Shown here one piece after another: positions 38,510 through 50,290 of a stretch of 64,000 nt of DNA (the first letter of the stretch is position 1; each line of letters begins with the position of its first letter). The DNA is from Octopus bimaculoides (taxonomy: Eukaryota): NCBI RefSeq assembly GCF_001194135.2, contig NC_068990.1, positions 45,408,417 to 45,472,416 on the forward strand. Direction: 5' to 3'. The position numbers and the translations under genes are program-made. The notes under the pieces are model-generated. The model searched no databases, was not told the DNA's origin, and saw only the letters and a program-made list of their open reading frames with translations.

Positions 38510-39110
38510 CTTATCTTTTATCTTTTATTTGTTTCAGTCATTCGACTCCAGCCAGACTGGGACATTGCCTTGAAATGTTTTACTCAAACAAATCTACCCC
38601 ATTACTTATTATTTTTTTCTTAGTCTTGCACTTATTCTATCAGTCTCTTTTTGATGAACTGCTGAGTTATGGGGACGTAAACAAACCAACACCAGTTGTC
38701 AGATGGTGGTGAACAAACACAAATATACACACACACATGCACACATCTACTATTTTGTTAAAGCTTAAAAGACTTCACAAACTGTTACTCAAAGTTTCAC
38801 ATAACTGGTCATCAGACAGTTGTGATAATAAAGACTGAAAAACTTGTCTTCAAATAAATTTTTTCCACCTTGTTTTGCACCTATGTGCTTACTTGTGTGT
38901 GTGTGTGTGTGTGTGTGTGTTTGTCTGTGTTTATATATATATATATATTTGATGGGCTTCTTTTAGTTTCTGTCTTCCAAATCTACTAACAAGGTTTTGG
39001 TCAGCCTGGGACTATAATAAAAGACACTTGTCCAAGGTTACACATAGTGGGACCAAACCTGAAACCATATAGTTGGAAAACAAACTTTTTATCATGCATC
39101 CACAATTGCA
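38510..39110 (-). mobile_element. Older SINE family A copy, split by an inserted hammerhead-containing segment (~38755-38890)
   Basis: 3' half 38510-38740 and 5' half 38950-39110. Confidence 0.75.
38775..38825 (-). ncRNA. Type I hammerhead ribozyme, near intact
   Basis: Minus strand: tcacaactgt CTGATGA cca-gtta-tgt GAAA ct-ttg-ag TA / acagt(t)tgtga. Stem I 10 bp with one bulge, stem III ACT/AGT, GUA cleavage triplet; only the stem II closing pair is mismatched (C-U). Confidence 0.75.
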
Positions 39111-39289
39111 CCTATATATAGAAACGCACACACATACACATGTTCAACCAAATAACAAGAACAATTCATACTAAATATAAAAAAAAACATGAAGTAAACT
39201 AAAAAAACATGAAGGGACTGACATTTCCATTATCAGAAAAACTGCCCAACCTACACATGCCTTTCCTGAACACTAAACATATAATATGT

Positions 39290-39504
39290 ATATTGAAAAA
39301 ATAAGATGAAAATGCTTAGAGAACTTTATCATAGAAAGAAAATATGTATTGGTTTTGGTCGTTTAAGACTACCTCTTCATGCTAGAATAAAATGGAAAGA
39401 AATTAAACTTACATAATATAAGACTGAAAACTGGTTCATATTTTCTTTCTATTTTTCATGATAAAAGTTCTCTAAGCATTTTTGCCTTTTTATTCTTTCA
39501 ATAT
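39290..39504. repeat. Imperfect inverted repeat (39290-39346 / 39437-39504) enclosing a hammerhead-like relic
   Basis: tattgaaaaaataag...aaatgcttagagaactttatcat.gaaagaaaatatg versus its reverse complement downstream. Confidence 0.8.
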
Positions 39505-39585
39505 ATATTTGCTTGTGTGTTTCTTCTTAACATTTTAAAGATTATATAATTTCATATATGGAAAGCAGATGCTAAGTGATGATGA

Positions 39586-39646
<61 letters not shown>

Positions 39647-40789
39647 CTATTTTTTATCTTTTACTTGTTTCAGTCATTAGACTGCGGCCATGCTGGGGTA
39701 TCACCTTGAAAAATTCTTAGTTGAATGAATTGACCCTCCCCTTTTTTTAAAGCCTGGTACTTATTCTGTTGATCTCTTTTGCCAAACTGCTAAGTGATGA
39801 GGATGTAAACACACCAACACCAGTTGTCAAGCAGTGATGGGGGACAAACACAGACTCAGACACACACACACACAATGGGCTTCTTTCAGTTTCTGTGTAC
39901 CATATCCACTCACAAGGCTTTGGATGGCTTGAGGCTATAGTAGAAGTGTGAAACCATTTTTTGTTGTTTGGCTCCATATCAGCTATGTTTAAGAAAAAAT
40001 ATAATCAAAGCCATTCAAAGTGTGACTACCCTATCTTTTCAGACATATAACATCTCGGAACTACATTATTTATTGCATTCTTCTATATTTTAAGACAGTA
40101 GTGTGTGATTCAGAGGAGATGTTGGTGCTACTTCTAGCAGGTCAAGTCTCTGTGTAGAGGTTTTCTTGATAGCTCATTAAATACTAGTAATATAATAAGG
40201 TCAATCACATAGGCTATAGAGCTCCTGTGTATGATTTTAAATTACATCTGACAGCAGAGCCCTAGTTCAGGAGCCCCAGGTCTTTGAGGAGTGTGGAACT
40301 ACCTCCTAGCAACTATCGTTCCCAGTTTTACTCTGACCCAGAGTGGTAGCACCTGTAAAGGTTCCAGTTATGAGTTAATTAGCATATTAAGGCATGCCTA
40401 CCTATGCATGTAAAGACTGCATCCAGCAGACTCTGCAGAAGAAATCTTCTTGGTTTAATTGAGGGAAAGGTAGCTGCAGTAATGCATTGTGGAGTGCAGA
40501 GAGTAAAATGCAGCTAAAACAAGACATCTTGGCCATCCTCAGTCACATTGACCTAGTCTTGCCACTGGATTGAAGACAGTCATGAATGAGAGTGAGGTGC
40601 ACAACTCTTCTTCACTTTAAACAAAACCACCACATGAGTCAACAGTCATCTTTAATGATGACTATTTGGTTCTCATCACTCTGAAGGACAAATATGCAGA
40701 CCTCATATACAAATTTGAAGCATTGTTCTACCTTTTACTCTTTACCCTGTATTAAAGTAAAACATCATTAGAGCATCTGACAAAATACT

Positions 40790-41400
40790 TCGCAGTATTT
40801 GTTCTGGCGCTTTACCTTCTGAGTTCAAATTCCACTGAGTTTAACTTTACTTTTCCTCATTCTGGTGTTGATAAAGTATCTATCAGTCAATAAAAATGAG
40901 GTTAATAAAATTTACTATACTTTTTTCCACCAAATTTAAGGCCTTGTGCTTATGCTACAAATCAATACAGCAATATTGGTTTCAACTTTTGACACAAGGC
41001 CAGCAATTCTGAGGAGGTGGGTAAGTCAATTACATTGGCCTCAATGCTCAACTGGTACTTATTTTATTGACACTCAAAAGGATGAAAAGCAAAGTTGATG
41101 TCAGTAGAATTTGAGCATAGAAGGTACAGACGGATGAAATGCCACTTAGCATTTTGTCTGGCGTGCTAAAGATTCTTATTTCTTTATTGCCCACAAGGGA
41201 CTACACATAGGGGGGACAAACAAAGGTATTAAGTCGATTACATCAACTCCAGTGCATAACTGGTACTTAATTTATCAACCCCGAAAGGATGAAAGGCAAA
41301 GTCGACCTCGGCGGATGTTGAACGAAGAACGTAACGGCAGATGAAATACCGCTAAGCATTTCGCCCGGCGTGCTAACGTTTCAGCCAGCTTGCCGCTAAT
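40790..41400. mobile_element. Cluster of three SINE family B copies; the youngest is at 41170-41395 (-)
   Basis: Repeated family B core; the young copy retains CpGs. Confidence 0.8.
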
Positions 41401-41794
41401 AATTCTACCCCTCGCTGCCCTAATCAATGCAATAATATTACAAAGACAATGCAGGTATGCTGAAGTCTCCTCACTAGCTTATGTAAGAATGGTGGTGGAG
41501 TATTTGAAGGAAGTTTGTCTAATATATCGAGCTTCTATATAGAAGTTCTGCTACAAAACCATTGAGAATTAGTGTAACACTGAAATGGATTGGATGGTTT
41601 TAGTAAAATTAGGAAACACTACATTACCAGCTTACAATTTATTTCAGTGTAGATTACAATTTTAATCCCTTGGTGGTTTTATCAAATTTAGCAACAGTTT
41701 ATATCTAGTGGTAATATTTAGCATTCACCCTCATGAAACTTAGCCTGTTTTAATTATATATATATATTTAATCATATTTATATATTTTATATAT

Positions 41795-42170
41795 TCTTTT
41801 ATTTGTTTCAGTCATTTGACTGTGGCTGTGCTGGAGCACCGCCTTTAGTCAAACAAATTGGCCCCAGGACTTATTCTTTGTAAGCCTAGTACTTATTCTA
41901 TTGGTCTCTTTTGCTGAACCGCTAAGTTACAGAGATGTAAACACACCAACATCGGTTGTCAAGCAATGGTGGGGCTGGCAAACATATACCTCGGTAACAC
42001 TATATAAAATTTTGTTTCAGTTTCCGTCTACCAAATCCAATCACAAAGTTTTTGTCAGCCAGAGGCTGTAGTAGAAGGCACTTGCCCAAGGTGCCATGCA
42101 GTGGGACTAAACCCAGAACCATGTGGTTGGGATACAAGCTTCTTACCACAGAGCCATGCCTGCACCTATT
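41795..42170 (-). mobile_element. SINE family A copy
   Basis: Similarity to other family A copies across head and tail. Confidence 0.85.
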
Positions 42171-42298
42171 AATATTTACCAGAAGCAACAGAGTGACTTA
42201 AGTTCTGAGAGTATGGATTATCAGTAGATTATATATCCGAAAAAGAAGCACGCCCTAAATGTTAGAGCAGTAATCTATTTATAGGAAGTTAGACTGGT

Positions 42299-42367
42299 CA
42301 TAGGGTAACCAATGGTTTCACATCCATAAAGCACATAACCTTATAGACAGCTCGTCAGATCCCAATG
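42299..42367 (-). ncRNA. Type I hammerhead ribozyme with long stem II
   Basis: Minus strand: cattgggat CTGACGA gc(t)gtctataagg-ttatgtg-ctttatggatgt GAAA cc-att-gg TT / accctatg. Both core boxes intact; GUU triplet; stem I has a 1-nt deletion and one mismatch. Confidence 0.72.
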
Positions 42368-42819
42368 GCTGCAGACGTATAACCTCTTTTTAAGCTGGAG
42401 ATAGAAAAACGTTATAGTCAGTTAATTTTGTATACAAATAATATATTGTTTGAGCTTTAAGTGGGCAGATTTTTGCCCTTAAATCAGTTCTGATCAGCAA
42501 ATTTTGACAGCCCTAATCAACAATGAGGAATCCTCATCCTCAGATTGGTTCCAGTCTACAAATATTTTTTATGGCCCTAATTAATGAATAGGGAATCTCA
42601 CGCTTGTTGTTGGTAGCATTTAAAATGCAGACAAGGGCTGTAGACCTATTTTTTTTTTTTACAAAATTAACTGATTGTAACGTTTTTCTCCAATTTGAGA
42701 AGAGGTTGTATGTCTGTGGCCATTGGAGTTTGATGAGTCATCTATAAGGCTAAGCACTTTATGGCTCACTCTATGACCATTGGTCACTCTATCATCAGCC
42801 ATATAATTAACTTCCTATA

Positions 42820-43080
42820 ACCATCATCATTTAATGTCTGTTGTTCATACTAGCATTAGTTGGATGGTTTGACCAGAGCTGGCAAGCGGGGTAGCTGCGC
42901 CAGACTCCAGTCTAATTTGGGATGGTTTCTATGGCTGGATGCCCTTCCTAACACCAACTACTTTACAGAGGGTGCTTTTACATGACGCTGCACAGGCACT
43001 TTTATGTGACACTGCATGGGTGCTTTTACATGGCACTGCATGGACGCTCTTATGTAACACCGCATGAGTGCTTTACACCA
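42820..43080 (-). mobile_element. RTE 3' tail with ~23-bp minisatellite (4-5 units)
   Basis: ggatgcccttccta motif plus repeated gcttttacatg.cactgcatgg units. Confidence 0.7.
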
Positions 43081-43144
43081 CTTAACACACATACACACAC
43101 ACACACACATTCATATTAAATAATATCTATATATATTTGATATA

Positions 43145-43177
<33 letters not shown>

Positions 43178-43437
43178 ATATTATATTGTATTATATTCTT
43201 TTATTCTTTTACTTGTTTCAGTCATTTGACTGTAGCCATGCTGGAACACTGCCTTTAGTTGAACAAATCGACCCTAGGACTTATTCTTTGTAAGCCTAGT
43301 TCTTATTCTATCGGTCTCTTTTGTTGAACTGCTAAGTTACGGGGGTTGTAAACACACCAATATCACTTGTCAAGTGATGGTGGCGAGACACACAGAAGCA
43401 CAAACATGCACACATATATACATACATACATATATAT

Positions 43438-43472
<35 letters not shown>

Positions 43473-43988
43473 NNNNNNNNNNNNNNNNNNNNNNNNNNNN
43501 NNNNNNNNNNNNNNNNNNNNNNNNNNNNNNNNNNNNNNNNNNNNNNNNNNNNNNNNNNNNNNNNNNNNNNNNNNNNNNNNNNNNNNNNNNNNNNNNNNNN
43601 NNNNNNNNNNNNNNNNNNNNNNNNNNNNNNNNNNNNNNNNNNNNNNNNNNNNNNNNNNNNNNNNNNNNNNNNNNNNNNNNNNNNNNNNNNNNNNNNNNNN
43701 NNNNNNNNNNNNNNNNNNNNNNNNNNNNNNNNNNNNNNNNNNNNNNNNNNNNNNNNNNNNNNNNNNNNNNNNNNNNNNNNNNNNNNNNNNNNNNNNNNNN
43801 NNNNNNNNNNNNNNNNNNNNNNNNNNNNNNNNNNNNNNNNNNNNNNNNNNNNNNNNNNNNNNNNNNNNNNNNNNNNNNNNNNNNNNNNNNNNNNNNNNNN
43901 NNNNNNNNNNNNNNNNNNNNNNNNNNNNNNNNNNNNNNNNNNNNNNNNNNNNNNNNNNNNNNNNNNNNNNNNNNNNNNNNNNNNNNNN

Positions 43989-44185
43989 TAGCATGGGTTG
44001 GACGATTTGACTGAGGACTGGTGAAACCGGATGGCAACACCAGGCTTCAATCTGATTTGGCAGAGTTTCTACAGCTGGATGCCCTTCCTAACGCCAACCA
44101 CTCAGAGAGTGTAGTGGGTGCTTTTACGTGTCACCCGCACGAAAACGGCCACGCTCGAAATGGTGTCTTTTATGTGCCACCCGCA
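43989..44185 (-). mobile_element. Young RTE 3' tail adjoining gap 43473-43988
   Basis: Near-identical to 7320-7500 in reverse complement. Confidence 0.85.
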
Positions 44186-44186
44186 C

Positions 44187-44257
<71 letters not shown>

Positions 44258-44458
44258 ATGTATGTATGTATGTATATATATGTATGTATATAAACCAGTT
44301 ACACAAGTCAGAAGGTGAACCTATATGTAGTCATACAATGTGCTGGAAATAATAGTTATAGGGCAGGTGTGGAGGGGTGAATGTGACCTTATTCACTTCA
44401 AATCCACGATATGGTCATAGAAAGAGAAGGACATGGTCTTTTTTTTTTTTTTTTGAGG

Positions 44459-44822
44459 TACACGAATCCAAAATAAAGAACCGAATAAACTTTGAAATCA
44501 AACAGAAATTTCCTTTCATAGTAAATTCTGAGCTGTAACTTTGTAATGTCCCAAATGAAAAGGTTTATAAGTATTTATAGACTATTAAATATGACCCATT
44601 TAATGACAGGAACCAGGTCACATGGTTCAATGTGGGAGTCATTGAAACTTGAAGACATTCTGTGGAAGTGTTGACTGCACCAAAACTGTGCATTTCCTGC
44701 AATTAGATGAGCAATCACACCCAAGCCACCTCTGCTAATTAACAAGGACGTTAACATCCTCCGGTATATTCCACGGTCAACCAGTCCAAATACCTCTACT
44801 ATGACATCCCCACCCTGCCTAC
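44459..44822 (-). mobile_element. Possible very old Tc1-type transposase relic
   Basis: Open minus frame GGDVIVEVFGLVDRGIYRRML...GNAQ...PCDLVPV loosely follows the Tc1 DDE-region pattern (GGSVMVW...QDNAP...SPDLNPIE). Confidence 0.3.
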
Positions 44823-45599
44823 AACCAGGGCTGGATTAAGACCCGTGGAGGCCCTAAGCACTTAAAAAAATATTTTGGTGACCCCTATATATATGTAATT
44901 CAAAATACAAACAATAATAAACCATAAAATAAATTTTGGTTTCTCAAAAGGAAACCAAACTAACAGTAGGCGCAGGAGTGGCTGTGTGGTAAGTAGCTTG
45001 CTTACCAACCACATGGTTCTGGGTTCAGTCCCACTGCGTGGCACCTTGGGCAAGCGTCTTCCACTACAGCCTCGGGCCGACCAAAGCCCAGCGAGTGGAT
45101 TTGGTAGTTTTGACAAATTCATAAAAAAAACCCTGCTAATGTTGTTGAAGTTGACTTATGTACAAAGGTAACCAGCTCTTTGAAATTATCGTAGTAAGAC
45201 TTCTGTATTAAATTATATAATCTAGTGGATATATTTAAAATGTCAAGTGGTAGCTGGTTGCAACAATAGAGTTTTAATACTGGTTGTATAAATATAGCTG
45301 AAAAGATTGTTCAGTATTTCACAATCATTTATATTTTAGTTTGCTTTAATCATTGGACTACAGCAAGGCTGGGGCACCACTTTGAAGGGTTTAGACAAAC
45401 AAATTGACCCTAACACTTATTTTTTTAAGCCTGGTACTTATTCTATTGGTCCCTTTTTGCCAAACTGCCAAGTTTTATAGATGTAAACAAACCAGCACCA
45501 GTTGTCAAGCAGTAGTGGGGAACAGACACAAAGATAGATGCACACATATGCATGTGTGTGTGTGGATAGAGAGAGAAAGAGAGAGAGGGGGGGGACATG

Positions 45600-46230
45600 A
45601 AAGTCAATCAGACAAATGAGGCTAGTATGCTCCACTGGATATGTAATGTAAGTGTACATGTTCGACAGAGCTAGTGTACTGAGAGATAAGTTAGGCTTAA
45701 GAAGAATTAGATGCTGCAAGAGAGAAGACTGTGCTGGTTTGGTCATGTGATTTGGATTGATGCCAGCAGCTGCATAAATAAGTGTTGATCTCTCAAAGTT
45801 GATGGAACATGTGCAAGTAGAAGACTCAGGAAGACATGAGACAAAGTACTGAAGGATGATCTCAGGACACTGAACCTTTCAGGTGAGATGACAAAGGACT
45901 GAGATGCCTGGCACCTTGCTGTACTCAAGAAGATCTGTTCTCCACAACAGAAGTGTTAAGGCCAGTACCCCTGGTGAAGAGGATTGGCATGAAAGAGTCC
46001 TGTGCTGGTACCATCTAAAAAGCACTCGTGCCAGTGCCACATAACAGCACCCAACACACTCTGTAAAGTGGTTGGCATTAAGAAGGGCATCCAGTCGTAG
46101 AAACCATGTCAAATCAGACTGGAGCCTGGTGCAGCTCTCTAGCTTACCAGTATGGACAAGGGATGTTGAATGATGATGATATATATCATCATCATCAACA
46201 GACATTAAACGATGATGATGATGATATATA
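45600..46230 (+). mobile_element. RTE LINE 3' end (ORF C-terminus, UTR and (GAT)n)
   Basis: Decayed peptide EASMLHWICNV...ERRLCWFGHV...RRLRKT*DKVLKDDL, followed by the tail motif. Confidence 0.85.
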
Positions 46231-46242
46231 TATAGATATATG

Positions 46243-46278
<36 letters not shown>

Positions 46279-46356
46279 TTATGAAATAGAGGTATAACAG
46301 CATGAAAGTATGTCTAAAGATTGTTTTATTTTTGTTACATTGAGTGACTTTTATAA

Positions 46357-46399
46357 AATATTACCGGTTTCGATGTGTATGTCTATCTTATCAAATATT
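46357..46399 (-). ncRNA. Minimal (palindromic stem III) hammerhead relic
   Basis: Minus strand: aatat TTGATAA gat-agacatacac-atc GAAA CCGG TA / atatt. Two transitions in the CTGATGA box; stems I and II pair. Confidence 0.6.
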
Positions 46400-48163
46400 A
46401 AGAATTGAAAGTAAAAAATTAGGGAATAAGAAAAAATTTGAAATTAAAAGTTTGTTCTGTTTTGTCCATAGTTAACTACATGTGTGAAATTTCATCATAG
46501 AGTTTATTATATATGTTGTTTATATAGGGGTCTGGAATGGGCTTCAAGGGATCAAGTTTCAGGAATTCTATTGAATTGAAAAGAATTCTTTTGAATTGGA
46601 TAACAAGTTTACAACAGGCTTCTTTCAGTTTCCATCTACCAAATCCACTCAAAAGGTTTTGTTTGGCCTGGGGTTATAGTAGAAGATACTTGTTTAATTT
46701 ACTATGTAGTGGGACTGAGCTTGGAGGCATGGTTAAGAAGCTAATTTCTTACCATACAGCTGTGTCAGAAAAGCTGTGTTTGGCCAAGACTTAAATTTTA
46801 CTGGCAGTATCTACTCACTTTTTAAAAAATTTTATTTTTAGTGAGTATTATGTTAACTAGTAAGTTCCTTGAGATTCAAATGAAAAGGATAACATTTGTT
46901 ACTCTAACTTGACTTAGATATTACATGAATAGAAGCATCTTTATGTAACAAAAGTTAACATATTTCTAATAAAATAATACATTGCATCTTTTTGTGAATA
47001 ATTAAAACTTGAGGGTATGCCTTCAATACACCTTCTTCACTATTGTATCTTTCTCTCTCTCCTTTCTTTTTCCAACTAAGGCTGCTAAATATATAATTTA
47101 TTACAAGATACCTGTTTCTGTCCATCTATCATTACCTGGTACAAAGCTACCTTCCTCAACACTGTTCACCCTTCAGTTTAGGGGGTTGTGTCTTGCAAGT
47201 TATTTGGTGACCTCACTGGTGCTGGTGCTATGTAAAAAACACCCAGTACACTCTGTAAAGTGGTTGGTGATAGAGAAGGCATCTAGCTGTAGAAGCAACA
47301 CCAAAACAGACAGTAGAGCTTGGCACAGTCTTTGGCTTCCCAGTTCCTGTCAAACTGTCCAACCCATGTCAGTGTGGAAGAAGGATGTTAAATGATGATG
47401 ATAATGATAATGATGAATGCAGTATTTTGAAGAATCTAACTAACTCTGCTAGTATTCTTTGTTAATTGGAATATAACTTTAAACAAATCTTAACATAAAA
47501 TTATATTTGAAGGATTTAATTTAAATGAGAAATTTTTAAAATGAAAGGTTTTGTATTGGAAGCAGAAGTGGTCTTAGATAAGTTGGTATTGAAAGAGTTT
47601 GAGGATGTGATTTTTCATAATGACATACTTGCATAGAAATTTTAAAACTAATACTAGAAAACAAATTAAATTTCTAATTACAATTTGATTTTTCTTTTTT
47701 TATTTTAATTTATGCACAAAACAAATGCAGACATGTTTGTCCTTGATTGACATCTAAAACAAAACAAGTGTGAAATGAAATAACAAAAAATAAATCCATG
47801 AGTAGATAACTGAAACAAAAATAAGAAGCTTTCATTCAAAAGTAGCTATTTTTATGGCTAACATGTATCTTAAGAGAAGATACTTATTGAATAAGTTATG
47901 ATGACATTTTCAAAGTTAATTACAAAAGACAATAGTTAAATGATTAGTTCATTAAGACAGTTGACACTTCTCACTTAAAACAACTTCATATTTTAACAGG
48001 AAAGACATTTCTGTTTTTACCCTGTCAACATGGCTTAACTGCAGTCTGGAAGAGATTAGTAAAATAACCAAACTAAAGAAAGTCTTGAGGGGATCAACAA
48101 ATATTGTGAAGAATGTAAGACAAATGATTCCAAAGATCTAGTTTTGGCGGACTTAACAGGTCA

Positions 48164-48164
<1 letters not shown>

Positions 48165-48220
<56 letters not shown>

Positions 48221-48673
48221 CTTTTCTACTCTAGGCACAAGACCCAAAATTTTTGGGGAGGGGACCAGTTGATTAGATTGACCCCAGTATGCAACTGGTA
48301 CTTAATTTATCAACCCTGAAAGGATGAAAGGCAAAGTCAACCTCGGTGGGATTTGAACTCAGAATGTAAAGACAGATGAAATACTGCTAAGCATTTTGCC
48401 CCGCATGCTAATGCTTCTGTCAGCTCTCCACCTTAATAATAATGACAATAACAATAATAATGGTTTTAAATTTTGCCACAAGGGCAGCTGTTTTGGGGGA
48501 GGGATGTGTCGATAACATTGACCCCAGTGTTCAACTGGTACTTAATTTATCGACCCCCAGAAGAATGAAAGGCAAAGTCAACCTCAGCGGAATTTGAACT
48601 CAGAACATAGTGGTGGACGAAATACTGCTAAGTATTTCACCCAGTGTGCTAACGATTCTGCCAGCTTGCTGCC

Positions 48674-48722
<49 letters not shown>
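48165..48722 (-). mobile_element. Two tandem SINE family B copies embedded in (AAT)n
   Basis: Copies at ~48220-48435 and 48460-48675, with (AAT)n at 48165-48220 and 48675-48722. Confidence 0.9.
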
Positions 48723-48725
<3 letters not shown>

Positions 48726-49390
48726 TAGTAATTAGAGCTGCTGTCAGGCTTGAAGTGATCCAGAAGACAGCATTCTTGGGTACAGCTCACATTCTAAGTA
48801 TTGTCTCTTTGAGTTACAGGAGAAGGCACTACTTGAAACCTTTGGTGATTTGTTATTGCCTGCTTTCAAGTAAAGAACAACCAGTAATTAAGAACTATCT
48901 GAGAGTCTTTCAGAATAATAAACCAAGTAGATACCCAGTGTAGGTTATGTAAATCAAAAAGAGGAAAGTGTTACTCATATAGTAAGTGAATGTAAGCATG
49001 AGAGAATACAAGAAAAGACATGACAACCTAGGGAGAGTAATCCACTGGGAGTTATGTAGAAAGCTAGTAAAGTATTAGAAAGTAAGAAATATGAGAAGAT
49101 GTAGTGGGACTTTCACATTCAAACTGACACAGTAATAGAAGCTAGAAGGCTTGATTTAGTAGTAGTAGATAAAGAAAATAGAAAGTGCCAGATGATTGAC
49201 TTTATAGTCCCAAATGATGAAAAAAATCAATATGAGAAGTATAGAAAATATAGCAAACTACCAGGATCTAACCATTGAATTACAGAAACTATGGAAAATG
49301 CAGGTAAAATGTATCCCAGTTGTTATAGGTGCATTAGGAACTATTCCTAAAGATTTGAACAGATGGATAGAGGAAATAGGCATAAAAGGT
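48723..49390 (+). mobile_element. R4/Dong-like (RLE) retrotransposon 3' fragments
   Basis: IQKTAFLGTAHILS (terminal motif). Then YKKRHDNLGRVIHWELC...WDFHIQTD...RRLDLVVVDKENRKCQMID...YQDLTIELQKLW...IPVVIGALGTIPK. Confidence 0.82.
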
Positions 49391-49559
49391 TACTTGTAGT
49401 CTGATGTTAGGAATTTTTCTTTTCCAATAGTCTAATCTGTTGTGTGTATAACAACAACAACAACAACAATGAGTTACAGTTTCAGTTTCAATATTATTAA
49501 GGCCAATTACTGAAATGTGTAATCTTGACAGAAAAATATAAAAATTGTTGACAATGCAT

Positions 49560-50290
49560 AGAATACACCACCCTAAGGCAGATATAGAACAACTTTACCA
49601 ACCAAGAAAAGAGGATGACCATAGATTTTTACAACTGGAATTAACAATGAAGATTGCCACAATTGGCCTAAATACCTACCTGAAAAACTCTGGATGTTAA
49701 AACTTGTTTTAAAGCATGAAAACAAAAAAAAAACATCGTACTCAATAACAAAACAAGCAAAGAAATATGTAAGTGAATTCTGAATACAACAAATCCCAGA
49801 ATTAGATGTACTGGAAATAAGCACAGAAAAAGAGCTAAGCATATGAAAACATGTGCTAAAATTCTGCTTCAGATATTCTTACTGATAAATGGCAAGAAAA
49901 ACTTCTCAATAGCAAATACCTGAAGAGAGCTAATAATGCCGATGTTGATAAAGCCCTTACCCATCAATGGTTAGTGTCTTCTGGCTTAAAATCAAAGACA
50001 GAAGGGTTTATCATAGCAGCCCAAGATCAATGCCTACCTACAAGGAGCTACCAGGCCAACATATTAAAGAATGGCAGCAGCCCAACATGTTGTGTATGTA
50101 AACAACAAAATGAAACCATTGACCATGTTGTCTCCATGTGCAGTCTTCTTGCGCCTACAGAGTATCTCAATAGGCATATAACAGTATATTTGTTGGGTAA
50201 TTTGCAAAGACTTGGACCTGTCCCATGATAAAAACTGGTGGGAACACAAACCACCTTGGAGTCTACTTGTACAAATACAAAGCAAAAGTC
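49560..50290 (+). mobile_element. R4/Dong-like retrotransposon fragment (thumb to CCHC finger)
   Basis: LKSKTEGFIIAAQDQCLPTRSY...CCVCKQQNETIDHVVSMCSLLAPTEYLNRH. Confidence 0.85.

Noticed and set aside
48000-48114. Candidate exon on the plus strand (KDISVFTLSTWLNCSLEEISK...) overlapping a 25-bp candidate exon on the minus strand
   Set aside because: The two interpretations are mutually competing and neither has support.
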